Below, piece by piece: positions 1 through 9,747 of a DNA stretch of 64,000 nt. Positions within the stretch are counted from its first letter, which is position 1, and every line of letters begins with the position of its first letter. This DNA comes from a virus (taxonomy: Duplodnaviria > Heunggongvirae > Uroviricota > Caudoviricetes), in IMG/VR virus record IMGVR_UViG_3300031993_000021. The stretch is one strand, 5' to 3'. A program made the translations under genes and the position numbers. The notes below the pieces were generated by a model that did no database searches, was not told where the DNA came from, and worked only from the letters and a program-made list of their open reading frames with translations.

Positions 1-125
1 CTATGTCTTGAGCATATTGGAGATAACAGTTACGGAACAAGAATATACTGTAGTGGTGCAGAATATGGGTTTCTTGTACATGGCACACTTGATGAGGTGG
101 CAAAAATAATAACGGAGGCGATGGA

Positions 126-521
126 ATGACAAGAAAAGAAGCAATATTTGTATTAAGTGGACTTATTGACAATCCGTTATTTCACGAAAAATACAAGACT
201 GCATTTGACATAGCGATACATGATATGAAGGCGTGTCATATAAATGATGAGCTGGAATTTGATCCTAGACCTTGCTGCATATCAGAATACGTATGCGAAC
301 ATGATAAGATTGCCGCGATTAAAAAGATAAGGGATGAAATGGCGGAATATGGAAGCTTATGTGCGATGTATGCTATTACAGATACTTCAGAAAAAGGGAT
401 AGAGAAATTGATACAAGACGTAATAAATCAGTTAAAGAAACAGGTACTAAATATTATCGACAGACACATAGAGGAGCATGAAGGGAGAGAAGATGGACCA
501 AAGTGGACTGATACAAAATAA
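126..521 (+). CDS. phage hypothetical protein
   Basis: 131-aa ORF, GGAGG RBS upstream, part of a tightly packed + strand run. Confidence 0.65.
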   Translation: MTRKEAIFVLSGLIDNPLFHEKYKTAFDIAIHDMKACHINDELEFDPRPCCISEYVCEHDKIAAIKKIRDEMAEYGSLCAMYAITDTSEKGIEKLIQDVINQLKKQVLNIIDRHIEEHEGREDGPKWTDTK

Positions 522-532
522 GGAGATTCAGA

Positions 533-739
533 ATGAGCATTTTTCATAGACATAATTTTAAACAGATCGTTAAAAGGAGCAATGTGATTCAATTTGATGA
601 CATGGGATATCCATTGCGGCTGGATATAGTGCAATGTAAATGTGGGAAATGTGAACAGATATGGGTTGATACATATGAAGAACCAAACGATGTTCTGCTA
701 AAATGGAACGCACCATATAAAGGAGAGCAGGAAGAATGA
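533..739 (+). CDS. phage hypothetical protein
   Basis: 68 aa, GGAG RBS, CKCGKC motif, ATGA overlap with next ORF. Confidence 0.55.
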   Translation: MSIFHRHNFKQIVKRSNVIQFDDMGYPLRLDIVQCKCGKCEQIWVDTYEEPNDVLLKWNAPYKGEQEE

Positions 740-978
740 AAATCGGTGTTTTAGAGTTGTTCAGTTGGAATGAAGTAAAAAACGGCAAGCAAAAGAAACA
801 CTACGGTATAGATAGATGTTGCGAAGATTGCCCTATGGGTTGGGATAGCCACTCATATGAAGGAGAGTGCGAGGACTGCGGCTGTTGCTTCAACTATGAG
901 TTTGACGTGCCTATATGGAAATGTGCGTTGCCGCATTGTGTTAAGAAGATAATCAAGAAGATAAAGGGGTGGGATTGA
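736..978 (+). CDS. small Cys-rich hypothetical protein
   Basis: 80 aa with CCEDC and CEDCGCC; coupled to neighbours. Confidence 0.55.
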   Translation: MKIGVLELFSWNEVKNGKQKKHYGIDRCCEDCPMGWDSHSYEGECEDCGCCFNYEFDVPIWKCALPHCVKKIIKKIKGWD

Positions 979-1172
979 TGGCAATGACGATTGATGAATG
1001 TATTGAAATATGGACGCATCCAACACAATATTTTCCTAGTAAAAGAGAAGAGGCAGTAGATTTTGCAATAGATACCTTGCGTAAGTATCAAAAGATAGAG
1101 CAGATAGCAAGAGAAGGAAAAAACGAAAGTAGATGCGAAGAAATAGTGAGGATTATAGATGGCAAAGCGTGA
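969..1172 (+). CDS. phage hypothetical protein
   Basis: 67 aa, overlapping neighbours. Confidence 0.5.
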   Translation: MGLMAMTIDECIEIWTHPTQYFPSKREEAVDFAIDTLRKYQKIEQIAREGKNESRCEEIVRIIDGKA

Positions 1173-1428
1173 ATTGATAGAGAAATCAGAAGTAATGATG
1201 TTTGTTGGCGATATATTTGAGTGTCAATGTGACATGAAAGAAGCATATGAATTATTAGATAATGTTTCTACAACATCCGAACAAGAAATAGTAAAGCCTT
1301 ATTTTGACAAGATAATAGCCGAGATTGAACAAAACGCATATCCGATAGTACACGGAGTTAATAACCACGAAAAAGGTATGACGTTATACGGAATATTGCA
1401 GATTATCGACAAGTACGAGGATAAGTAA
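1159..1428 (+). CDS. phage hypothetical protein
   Basis: 89 aa, overlapping neighbours. Confidence 0.55.
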   Translation: MAKRELIEKSEVMMFVGDIFECQCDMKEAYELLDNVSTTSEQEIVKPYFDKIIAEIEQNAYPIVHGVNNHEKGMTLYGILQIIDKYEDK

Positions 1429-1734
1429 ATGGCAGAATATCAAAAATATATAAATGCTTTAAGAAAATGTGCAAAAGAACACGATAATGACAGAACATCA
1501 ACAGGACATATCATTGTATCTGATTTGTGCAAAGATACGGCTAACTTGTTGGAAGAGTTGGAACAAGAGCCAAGATGGATTCCTGTTAGTGAGAGATTGC
1601 CCGAAGAGCATGGTGGGTATTTAGTTTCTCTTAAACAAGGATATGTTACTACAGCTTTTTGGAGTGGGAATAGTCAAAAATGGGAAAAGATAACAGCTTG
1701 GATGCCATTACCTACACCTTTTAAAGGAGAATAA
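1429..1734 (+). CDS. DUF551-like phage protein
   Basis: RWIPVSERLPEE...ITAWMPLP signature. Confidence 0.8.
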   Translation: MAEYQKYINALRKCAKEHDNDRTSTGHIIVSDLCKDTANLLEELEQEPRWIPVSERLPEEHGGYLVSLKQGYVTTAFWSGNSQKWEKITAWMPLPTPFKGE

Positions 1735-1991
1735 AGGATGAGGCTTGTTAAGATAAATGGAATATACGTCAATCCTAATAGAGTAGATAGGGTTAATCGT
1801 CAGCATATACAAGGTGGAGAATATAGATGAAAATTATAATTGATATCCCTGAAGAAATACAGCAAGAGCTGAAAGATGGGTGCTTTGGTGTTGGGAAATA
1901 TAACTTATACGATTTGGCAGGAGTTATCTGTAATGGCATTGTGATTCCAGATAATGCAACTAATGGAGATGTTGTAAAGAAGAGGTAAAGA

Positions 1992-2219
1992 ATGGAATGG
2001 TATCTAGGGCATCCAATATACATAGCCACAAAACAATGGCAAAGAAGAAAACACCGAAAAAAACGCATTAACAAGAAGTGGCTTAAAAGATATGGCTTTT
2101 ATGAACTCAATATGATGCCACATGGAGAAGTTATGATGATGGATGATGGTGTGATTTATATGACAAAACGGACCTACCAAGAGCTTTTTAATGTAATGAC
2201 TAGAGAGGTAAAAAGATGA
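1992..2219 (+). CDS. basic phage hypothetical protein
   Basis: 75 aa, QWQRRKHRKKRINKKWLKRYG. Confidence 0.6.
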   Translation: MEWYLGHPIYIATKQWQRRKHRKKRINKKWLKRYGFYELNMMPHGEVMMMDDGVIYMTKRTYQELFNVMTREVKR

Positions 2220-2467
2220 CGTTAACTGATTACATGAAAGAAAAGTACGACAATCGTGAAGATAAAGGCAATATATTTGGTGTTGGTATAACAGATGCAG
2301 AGTTTAGAGCGTTTGCAATAAAATATCTTCTTGGCGAGAACTGGTACGTTGTAGATCCTTTAGGTCAGAACCAGATTAATGAAATAGCCTTGTATGAAAT
2401 TCTTGAGAAGTATTCGAGACGATACAAAAAAGAGTTAAAGGAAAATGAACGAAGAAAGAAAAGGTGA
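2216..2467 (+). CDS. phage hypothetical protein
   Basis: 83 aa, ATGA overlap with previous ORF. Confidence 0.6.
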   Translation: MTLTDYMKEKYDNREDKGNIFGVGITDAEFRAFAIKYLLGENWYVVDPLGQNQINEIALYEILEKYSRRYKKELKENERRKKR

Positions 2468-2770
2468 TAATGGATGAAAATTACAATTGATTGGTCTATT
2501 AGAGTTCCTAATTGTCTAGCACCATATATTCCTAAATTCGTATATAAATATTTTGATGTAAAAGTGAAGGTTACAACGGGGGAACCGCTTAGTAATAAAA
2601 GCGTAAAGACTTATATTGTGAGAAAGACGAAAAATGAAAGAGATATGTAAAACGTGTAAATATAATTGCAATCATGGGAAAGATAAACCGCCAATCATTG
2701 CTAACAAGCCTAACGCAGTATGTTGGTGTAGTGCAGAAGGTGGTAGGGCAATCACAAAAAAGTATAAACA

Positions 2771-3136
2771 ATGCAAATTTTATGTAGCAAGGGAGTAGAC
2801 ATGGCGATACTTAATGAAAAGGAATATAAAATCTTTTCAGCGGCAATGAGCAGGGAAGAAAAGGTATGCAGATTATTAGATGATAAAGATGGGACACAGG
2901 ATAAAGGGATAAAACTTGTTCCAATCTGTAAAAGTATAAAACACAAAGTTAAATCTGCGGTCCCAGCAAAGTATGCATATTGGGAGAAGGCTAAGACAGA
3001 TGGTAAATATAAATGTTCAGCATGTAATGGAACACATATAGATCCTGAAACAGGCGCGTGGAATGAAGTATTCGACCATGACAAATATGCGTATTGTCCA
3101 AACTGCGGGGCAAAGATGGAGGGGAAGTACTTATGA
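2771..3136 (+). CDS. zinc-ribbon phage protein
   Basis: KYKCSACNG...YCPNCGAKME, two CxxC pairs. Confidence 0.7.
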   Translation: MQILCSKGVDMAILNEKEYKIFSAAMSREEKVCRLLDDKDGTQDKGIKLVPICKSIKHKVKSAVPAKYAYWEKAKTDGKYKCSACNGTHIDPETGAWNEVFDHDKYAYCPNCGAKMEGKYL

Positions 3137-3432
3137 CTTTTACAAAGGAGTACGTAGACCAGATATTATTTGAGAGGGATATCGCGATAGCTCAACTTAA
3201 TGAGATAGGGAAAAGTTTTGGTGAAAAAATGAATGATGTCAAAGCCATAACTATTGCAAGGTGGACAGAGAAACGGCATGGATATTTAGAATGTTCACAT
3301 TGTCATTGCGAGACGAATAAACTTGATAAAAATGGCTATCCGATAGGGCGTGATGCAAGGCATGATAAACCAAAGTATTGTCCACATTGCGGTTCACTTA
3401 TGGAGGGAAAGGATGATGAGAATTGTATTTGA
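3133..3432 (+). CDS. zinc-ribbon phage protein (paralog of previous)
   Basis: ECSHCH...YCPHCGSLME; ATG 3133 overlaps previous stop. Confidence 0.7.
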   Translation: MTFTKEYVDQILFERDIAIAQLNEIGKSFGEKMNDVKAITIARWTEKRHGYLECSHCHCETNKLDKNGYPIGRDARHDKPKYCPHCGSLMEGKDDENCI

Positions 3433-3580
3433 TATCGCAGGATTGATGATTGTTTATTTTCTTGGATACCTGGTAGGTTTTAAAGCCGGTGTTAAATCAA
3501 TACTAGAAGAAATGAATTATGTAGCTAAAGAAATCCTAGATAAGACAAAGGAAAATAATATCATAAAGGAATGTGAATAA
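3413..3580 (+). CDS. small membrane protein
   Basis: hydrophobic N-terminus IVFDIAGLMIVYFLGYLVGF; GGAGG RBS. Confidence 0.5.
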   Translation: MMRIVFDIAGLMIVYFLGYLVGFKAGVKSILEEMNYVAKEILDKTKENNIIKECE

Positions 3581-4017
3581 TGACAAATTATAACGATTTG
3601 AATATCTTTGAGAGAGCAAATCTTGCAAAAGACCTTAACATGGATACTGTAGATCAGGTAGCTGCAATGATTAATTCTAAGACAACAAATAGAAGTCAGC
3701 GAAGGAGACTTGAAAAGTCATTAAAGAGAGTCAATACAATCTATAGCCACGTTCAGAACAGAGTTGATAGAAGCGCTTATAAGGAATACCAGAAAGCAGT
3801 TGATGAGAATTTTCTTCACTTTTACTCAATACTTGCTCTTACCATGAAAGAAGATTATCATTGGCGCGAAGATGAACAACACGACCAGATTAGTTCGCTT
3901 CTAGAAAGAGTTGATAAGAAGATAAATAAGTATGCCGAGAAAGGTTATACGACAGAAGATTTAGTCAAACTTTTAAATGAAACATGTGATATCCAACTTA
4001 TTTCTGACAGTCATTGA
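3580..4017 (+). CDS. phage hypothetical protein
   Basis: 145-aa ORF with NRSQRRR motif. Confidence 0.6.
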   Translation: MTNYNDLNIFERANLAKDLNMDTVDQVAAMINSKTTNRSQRRRLEKSLKRVNTIYSHVQNRVDRSAYKEYQKAVDENFLHFYSILALTMKEDYHWREDEQHDQISSLLERVDKKINKYAEKGYTTEDLVKLLNETCDIQLISDSH

Positions 4018-4087
4018 TACAAATCGTATTAAATTTCAAAAAAATAAAATGTTAATTAAAAATTGTATAGTAAATTAAACAGAAGTG

Positions 4088-4121
4088 TGTATAATATACT
4101 TTATGACAAATATATTATACA
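4088..4121. promoter_or_regulatory. tandem operator-like sites overlapping a promoter
   Basis: tgtataatatactttatg (4088-4105) and tgacaaatatattataca (4104-4121) match the palindrome TGTATAATATATTATACA at 14/18 and 15/18. Confidence 0.5.
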
Positions 4122-4154
4122 CACTTTAATAAATATATTTTACAGGAGAGAATC

Positions 4155-4463
4155 ATGGAAGTTTGCGAAGAGATGCAGAAATTGCGTGATTGGCTTGATG
4201 AAAACAATATTGATTGGGAAGATATGTCAGAGGATTTTTCCAAAGGCTCGATAGATGATTTTTGGATTTGTCGAACGTGGTTCGAAATAAAAGATAGAAA
4301 GATTTCAGTTATAAATGGATATGGAACATATGGGGGGATAAGGTTTTTGGACGGAAAGAATGAGGGACTTCTTGAGATTATGGGATTAGATGATGATGTT
4401 ATAGGACACATGACGGCAGATGATGTTATTGCTGCAATATCAGAAAGACTTGAGGAAAGATGA
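4155..4463 (+). CDS. phage hypothetical protein
   Basis: 102 aa, AGGAG RBS. Confidence 0.65.
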   Translation: MEVCEEMQKLRDWLDENNIDWEDMSEDFSKGSIDDFWICRTWFEIKDRKISVINGYGTYGGIRFLDGKNEGLLEIMGLDDDVIGHMTADDVIAAISERLEER

Positions 4464-5065
4464 TGGATATTGAGAAACAAAAGGAACTCTTTAAAAATCA
4501 CGTAGCTACATTTACAGATTATGGCAACATCAAGATTTTGGATTTTGCAAACCCAGAATCTATCTGGTACAGAATCAGATTTATTTTCGAAGAAGATTAT
4601 TTCAAAGTACATATCTCCGGTGATTTAGGTGAACTTATAGCATCCAACTATTGCAATATGCGATACATAGATTTTTATGATGATTTTGTACATAACACAG
4701 ATTATTTTATGGCAAAGGTTAATTGTCATAGCAGACCTTTTTATGAATACGATTATGAAAAAGCTAAAGAGGATTTGAATAAACGCTTTGAGGATTATGA
4801 TTTTGTTCCTAAATCCGATTTTGAAACAGAAGAAGAACTTAAAGAAGAAAAAATAGATGAGATACTTAAGGATTTTGATTGGAGAACTGGATTGGGTTCA
4901 AAAGCTTTTGACATATTAATGGAGATTGACGATGACTGCGATGAGTGGATTGACGAAATTGGCAGAGAAGAGACAGATATATTAGAACTTTATATGTTGG
5001 CTTTTGAATTAGCACAAGAGCAATTGGAAAAGCAATCAGAGGAGGAACAAAATGCTAAGCCTTGA
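4460..5065 (+). CDS. phage hypothetical protein
   Basis: 201 aa, acidic, coupled to neighbours. Confidence 0.7.
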   Translation: MMDIEKQKELFKNHVATFTDYGNIKILDFANPESIWYRIRFIFEEDYFKVHISGDLGELIASNYCNMRYIDFYDDFVHNTDYFMAKVNCHSRPFYEYDYEKAKEDLNKRFEDYDFVPKSDFETEEELKEEKIDEILKDFDWRTGLGSKAFDILMEIDDDCDEWIDEIGREETDILELYMLAFELAQEQLEKQSEEEQNAKP

Positions 5066-5594
5066 ATACGTAAAAGAACATATCAGTGAGATTGAGTTTG
5101 ATGATTATATTGGGGACCGTAGATTCACAAAAAGATTTGTAGATTTCCTGCCAACAACCGAGTGGGGAAAGTTTGGCTATGGATATAAAGGGGAAGAAGA
5201 ATATATACCTATAGAGTGGACAGAAGAAAATATAATCGCTCAGCTCAAAGCTGACCTTAGTTTTGCTATCGAAAAAGCGACAAACATGCGAGGCATCTCT
5301 TCAAGTCTTATGTATGATGTTCTTAAGTCATGGTGCATAGTCCTTGAGAATGGACTTGAAAAGACGGAGTACGGATGGTACGGAGATAAACTTATAAAAG
5401 CTATAGATGAATATTATGGCTTTGGTCTATATGTTGAAGACGAATTTATAGAGAGCAGGATTCAACATCTTAAAGATTCAATTTTCACAATGTTACACGA
5501 TGACGGATATGAACTTCAGATCGATAATGACACCTTTATTGTTGAGCTTGATAATATCGGCAAAGCAAAGATACAGATAACAAAAGGGGAGTAA
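5052..5594 (+). CDS. phage hypothetical protein
   Basis: 180 aa, GGAGG RBS. Confidence 0.7.
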   Translation: MLSLEYVKEHISEIEFDDYIGDRRFTKRFVDFLPTTEWGKFGYGYKGEEEYIPIEWTEENIIAQLKADLSFAIEKATNMRGISSSLMYDVLKSWCIVLENGLEKTEYGWYGDKLIKAIDEYYGFGLYVEDEFIESRIQHLKDSIFTMLHDDGYELQIDNDTFIVELDNIGKAKIQITKGE

Positions 5595-5597
5595 GGC

Positions 5598-6125
5598 ATG
5601 GATGGACTTCTTGTTATGATGGCAAAAGAATATTGTGGTGGAAATATCGGTGCTTTATCTTTCTTTTTTGATGCATTAGATAATGACGCTCAAAAAGCTT
5701 TATCAGGATTTAAACGAATGTTTGACAATGGAATAATTAACGAAAAACTCTATTTACTCTGGAATGATTGCTGTCGCAAGGATACAGAAAGAGCAATTTA
5801 TATAATGCTGCATGATAATATCGAAAGCATTCATAAACATATCAATCATGGAAATGGTTATGGTATCCCATATTTTGAGAATGAACCAGAACCTTATAAG
5901 AAAGAAGAAAAAGGTGAATGGTGGATAATAACTTTTGGAGACGGTCAAGAACATGAAGGAAAGTGTGTCAAGATAAAAGGCTCTTATGGAGAAGCCAGAG
6001 AAAAAATGGTAGATAAGTACGGCATACGCTTTGCGTTTCAATATTCGGAAGCGGAATGGGAAAAGAAATGGAATGATCCTGACAGACCATTCCAGATGGA
6101 AGATATTATAGACATAATTGATTAA
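5598..6125 (+). CDS. phage hypothetical protein (apparently two-domain)
   Basis: 175 aa; second half WIITFGDGQEHEGKCVKIKGSYGEAREKMVDKYG. Confidence 0.65.
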   Translation: MDGLLVMMAKEYCGGNIGALSFFFDALDNDAQKALSGFKRMFDNGIINEKLYLLWNDCCRKDTERAIYIMLHDNIESIHKHINHGNGYGIPYFENEPEPYKKEEKGEWWIITFGDGQEHEGKCVKIKGSYGEAREKMVDKYGIRFAFQYSEAEWEKKWNDPDRPFQMEDIIDIID

Positions 6126-6137
6126 GAGGAAAAGGAA

Positions 6138-6677
6138 ATGGCATTTATCAAAGCAATCACACCAAGAACAATGCATGAGGAATTTGGAATTTATACCGGG
6201 CAATGGAATAAAGAAATGGACAGATGTTGGGAGGATGTTGATAGAGGATATTCAGTTTGTTCAAGAATGATATATACAAAGCAATATGGAAATGTTGAGC
6301 ATGTGACTATTACAAAGACTCATAAAGAGGGTGATCCTATTCTTGCAACAGGAGGGATGCGACCTATCGGCTGGAGCGAAAAGATGATGATTAAAAATGA
6401 ACTTTTCGGAGAGGATAGAGTTGCAATCGAAGTATATCCAAAGCAGAAGAATTTAGTTGATTCTGCGGATGTATACCATTTATGGGTTTTTGATAAGAAG
6501 TTTGAAATGCCATTTGGCATTCATCCAAGAGAATATCAGAAAGCAATAAACAGGGGTGATCTTAAATTAAATCCAAAAGAACTTGCACTTTTAGCTCAGA
6601 AATTAAATGGGCATGAAATAAGCGCTGAGGAAAGCCAAAAAATACTTATGCTTATGGAAAACATTAGAGAGGGATAA
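6138..6677 (+). CDS. conserved phage hypothetical protein (W..M..IK..F.E...HLW motif)
   Basis: WSEKMMIKNELFGEDRVAIEVYPK...YHLW; same motif in 6857..7198. Confidence 0.7.
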   Translation: MAFIKAITPRTMHEEFGIYTGQWNKEMDRCWEDVDRGYSVCSRMIYTKQYGNVEHVTITKTHKEGDPILATGGMRPIGWSEKMMIKNELFGEDRVAIEVYPKQKNLVDSADVYHLWVFDKKFEMPFGIHPREYQKAINRGDLKLNPKELALLAQKLNGHEISAEESQKILMLMENIREG

Positions 6678-6860
6678 ATGATGGCAAGAATCTGTGATGA
6701 TACCTGTCCAAATTGTCTTTATATCTGCGAAGGTGATTTTATATGCAGCTTAGCAAATGAACTTGTCATTGTTGAATGGACACCTGTGTATGGGGAATGC
6801 ATCAAAAATAGAAGAAGCCTATTAAACGATAAGAAAAAGAAAAAAGGGAATACAAAATGA
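6678..6860 (+). CDS. small Cys-rich protein
   Basis: CDDTCPNCLYICEGDFIC. Confidence 0.5.
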   Translation: MMARICDDTCPNCLYICEGDFICSLANELVIVEWTPVYGECIKNRRSLLNDKKKKKGNTK

Positions 6861-7198
6861 GAGATGAAAAAGAATATCTTGATAAAGTTTTGTGGGATGA
6901 CGATCCAGCTCTTTTACATAGAGGATTAAAGGCAGGGATGATAACTTTCCCAAAAGGACAGAAAGCCAGTGTTGTAGTAGGAAGAAATGAACATGGGATG
7001 GAACATGTGAGCATAGAGATGTTTGTTGACCGCCTTCCTAAGTGGAATGAGATGTGTTTTATTAAAGATATTTTTTGGGATGAAGAGGAAAAGGTCGTGC
7101 AGATACATCCTAAAAAGAGTGAGTATGTCAATATGACGGAAGCCCTGCATCTATGGAGACCTATTGATGGTGATTTTTCAAGATTAAACAACGGCTAA
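6857..7198 (+). CDS. conserved phage hypothetical protein (paralog of 6138..6677)
   Basis: WNEMCFIKDIFWDEEEKVVQIHPKKSEYVN..EALHLWRP. Confidence 0.75.
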   Translation: MRDEKEYLDKVLWDDDPALLHRGLKAGMITFPKGQKASVVVGRNEHGMEHVSIEMFVDRLPKWNEMCFIKDIFWDEEEKVVQIHPKKSEYVNMTEALHLWRPIDGDFSRLNNG

Positions 7199-7218
7199 TT
7201 CTGAAAAGAGGGATACAT

Positions 7219-7644
7219 ATGTTTCTATTAGACGAAGAGGATATATGTTCAAAGGAAGAACAGAAACAAGAGGCTCTTTACCGAATGAATAAGCTAAACA
7301 TTCTTCCGGATGTCATTGATACATTTGAAAAGAGCAGCGAGATTAAATGTTCAGATTATGGAAAGATCATTGCAGTCCCCAAGAATATCCTTAAAGATAT
7401 AAGACGATGGGAAGCTGACTACGGATGTCTTGCATATCATGTGGTACATAGTAAATTATATGGATTCGAGATATACAATGCGCTTTCTGTATCAAATTAT
7501 ATGGAAGATTGGGTTTACGAAAGAAGATTGATAGATAGTTATTGTTCAATGGCTTATACGATAAATGTAACCAAGCCGGATTATTCCGAATCCGGTTCAA
7601 TACAACTATATAACTATAATGGGGTATTGGAGAGGATAAACTGA
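7219..7644 (+). CDS. phage/mobile element hypothetical protein
   Basis: 141 aa, GAGG RBS. Confidence 0.65.
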   Translation: MFLLDEEDICSKEEQKQEALYRMNKLNILPDVIDTFEKSSEIKCSDYGKIIAVPKNILKDIRRWEADYGCLAYHVVHSKLYGFEIYNALSVSNYMEDWVYERRLIDSYCSMAYTINVTKPDYSESGSIQLYNYNGVLERIN

Positions 7645-7645
7645 T

Positions 7646-7828
7646 ATGAGCGCAAAGGAATATCGTGAAGCATTTAATTATATGACAGATGAAGAACATG
7701 AACTTATGGGAAATTTATATATGAGCGGAATTAATTGGGACGGACACACATGGGTAACATATGGCGATGTAGAAAAATTGGTTGGAACTATCATTCTTGG
7801 GAGACTTTTAGATGGAAAAACTATATAA
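7646..7828 (+). CDS. small hypothetical protein
   Basis: 60 aa; duplicated at 8239..8391. Confidence 0.6.
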   Translation: MSAKEYREAFNYMTDEEHELMGNLYMSGINWDGHTWVTYGDVEKLVGTIILGRLLDGKTI

Positions 7829-8213
7829 GACTAGAGATTTATTATACGATTACAGGAGTGAGGCTGAAAAAAGCTTATTGGGTAATTATGATGAAGAGAT
7901 GAATAATTTCTATTATTCAAAGCTAGTAGCTTTTCTTTTATTCTTTGGATTTTCTATGGATGAAATAAAAGAAAAATACCTGCCAGATTTAGAAGAAGAT
8001 GTAAAAAAAGAAGGTATTAAATTTAAAGTCGATGATTATGAAGCACAATTTAGACAAGCGATTAAGGTTTTGTCTGATTTAAGGTTTAAAAATGGATATG
8101 AAACCGAAAGAAAAAGAATAATATCTATAATGAGTGCGAAAGGACTTACTATTGATTCTATTTCTAAATACACGGGGATAAAAAAAGAACTGATAAAGGA
8201 ATTTTATTTATAA
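7812..8213 (+). CDS. hypothetical protein with C-terminal helix-turn-helix-like segment
   Basis: C-terminus RIISIMSAKGLTIDSISKYTGIKKELIKEF. Confidence 0.6.
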   Translation: MEKLYKTRDLLYDYRSEAEKSLLGNYDEEMNNFYYSKLVAFLLFFGFSMDEIKEKYLPDLEEDVKKEGIKFKVDDYEAQFRQAIKVLSDLRFKNGYETERKRIISIMSAKGLTIDSISKYTGIKKELIKEFYL

Positions 8214-8238
8214 ATAAATGAAAATTGTATAGGGAAAA

Positions 8239-8391
8239 ATGACAGATGGAGAACGTGGACTTAGGGAGGATTTATTTATGAGCGGAGAAAATCATGATTG
8301 CCATACTTGGGTGACTTTTGGAAATGTTGAAAGAGTTGTAGGCAAAATCATCTTAGGGAGAGTAAAGAATGAGCGACGAGATGGGGTATAA
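8239..8391 (+). CDS. small hypothetical protein (paralog of 7646..7828; not in ORF track)
   Basis: MTDGERGLREDLFMSGENHDCHTWVTFGNVERVVGKIILGR aligns with MTDEEHELMGNLYMSGINWDGHTWVTYGDVEKLVGTIILGR. Confidence 0.6.
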   Translation: MTDGERGLREDLFMSGENHDCHTWVTFGNVERVVGKIILGRVKNERRDGV

Positions 8392-8522
8392 AGAAGCAAG
8401 AGAGTATCTTCAGAACATGAGAATTTTCTTTGCTAGGACAATGGAACCTAAATTAACACAGGCACTTTTACGTGCAGATGAAGCATTGATAGAGAAAATC
8501 GCAGAAATAGAGGGGGCAGAAC

Positions 8523-8876
8523 ATGAGCGAACTTGACGAGCTTTTTAAAAAAATAGCACTTGCAGCTTTTTTTGATAAACTTAGAAAAATAACGCCTGGG
8601 TTAATAGAATATAAAATTGATACACAAGGAGTAGTAGAAGCTCATACAGAAGGTAGATCCATTGAATTAGATTTCTTAACCGCAATAATTATTAGGGATA
8701 GAATTAAAAAAATAGCTAAGGATCTTGGCGAAAAATATATAGATACATATTTCGATCTTATGAAAGAAATCATTTCTTTAATTGATAAGTTTGAAGAGAA
8801 AATAATTGATCCAGATAAGTCGGACATAGATTCAATTAAAAAGTTTAATGATTTATTTAAGGATCTAGGCTTATAG
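8523..8876 (+). CDS. phage hypothetical protein
   Basis: 117 aa ORF with RBS. Confidence 0.6.
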   Translation: MSELDELFKKIALAAFFDKLRKITPGLIEYKIDTQGVVEAHTEGRSIELDFLTAIIIRDRIKKIAKDLGEKYIDTYFDLMKEIISLIDKFEEKIIDPDKSDIDSIKKFNDLFKDLGL

Positions 8877-8887
8877 ATTGGAGAAAG

Positions 8888-9121
8888 ATGGAAAAAAGAT
8901 TAGTTGATTATATCAATAGTACAGATAATTCAATAATATTTGCAGAGATGACAAAAGAGCTTAATCCGGTAGGTGGATTTTGTGGCCGCAGCGATGAACT
9001 TGTTGCACTTAATATAGCGATAACTATAAAACTAATAAGAGGCTGTGATATTGAATTAAATGAATATTTTGAATTTTTAAAACAAGCATACGAGAAAGGA
9101 TTTCTGGATGCTGAATCTTAA
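8888..9121 (+). CDS. phage hypothetical protein
   Basis: 77 aa, GGAG RBS. Confidence 0.55.
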   Translation: MEKRLVDYINSTDNSIIFAEMTKELNPVGGFCGRSDELVALNIAITIKLIRGCDIELNEYFEFLKQAYEKGFLDAES

Positions 9122-9425
9122 TGAAACAATTCTTGTTGAAATAGTAAGAGTAAATACAAAAGAAGTAGCTGCATTATATCTTCAGGATTATATTCAGAGC
9201 AATGGCTTTTTAAGTAATGAAGCTGGGGATATAATCAAAAAGCTATTAAAAGAAAAAGATGATAAACCTAAGCCTGATGTAAAACCAAATATAGAACAGA
9301 TGATAAAAGAAATAGAGGAACTTCCTGATACCATTTATAGCGGCAGCATAATGGATGTAACAGGTGTTTCCTGTAAAAATATGAAGGATAAAGTCATTGA
9401 AATCATTAGAAAATACTCCAAATAA
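9108..9425 (+). CDS. phage hypothetical protein
   Basis: 105 aa, overlapping neighbours. Confidence 0.55.
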   Translation: MLNLNETILVEIVRVNTKEVAALYLQDYIQSNGFLSNEAGDIIKKLLKEKDDKPKPDVKPNIEQMIKEIEELPDTIYSGSIMDVTGVSCKNMKDKVIEIIRKYSK

Positions 9426-9747
9426 TCAAATAGGACAACGTATCAAGTATTTGTTAATCCATAATAGAATGAACCAGAGGGACCTTGCAGATAAAGCAGG
9501 CATTACGTATACATCATTATCTAGGTATATTAACGGTGAGCGCATTCCAAATGGTAAAATCTTGGCCCAAATTGCTACTGCGCTCAATATAGATGCAAAC
9601 TTTTTACTTGGAATAAATAAAGATGTAGAAGATCCTGAGAAAGATTTTTATAAGGCCCAGAGATTAGCGGCAAGAAGTGCTGATAAATGGACTAAGAAAC
9701 AGAAAGCAGATTTAATCTTAGCGATAATGGGAGTTAATAATGATTAA
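9397..9747 (+). CDS. XRE-family helix-turn-helix regulator
   Basis: IGQRIKYLLIHNRMNQRDLADKAGITYTSLSRYINGERIP; stop overlaps tnpB start. Confidence 0.9.
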   Translation: MKSLENTPNNQIGQRIKYLLIHNRMNQRDLADKAGITYTSLSRYINGERIPNGKILAQIATALNIDANFLLGINKDVEDPEKDFYKAQRLAARSADKWTKKQKADLILAIMGVNND

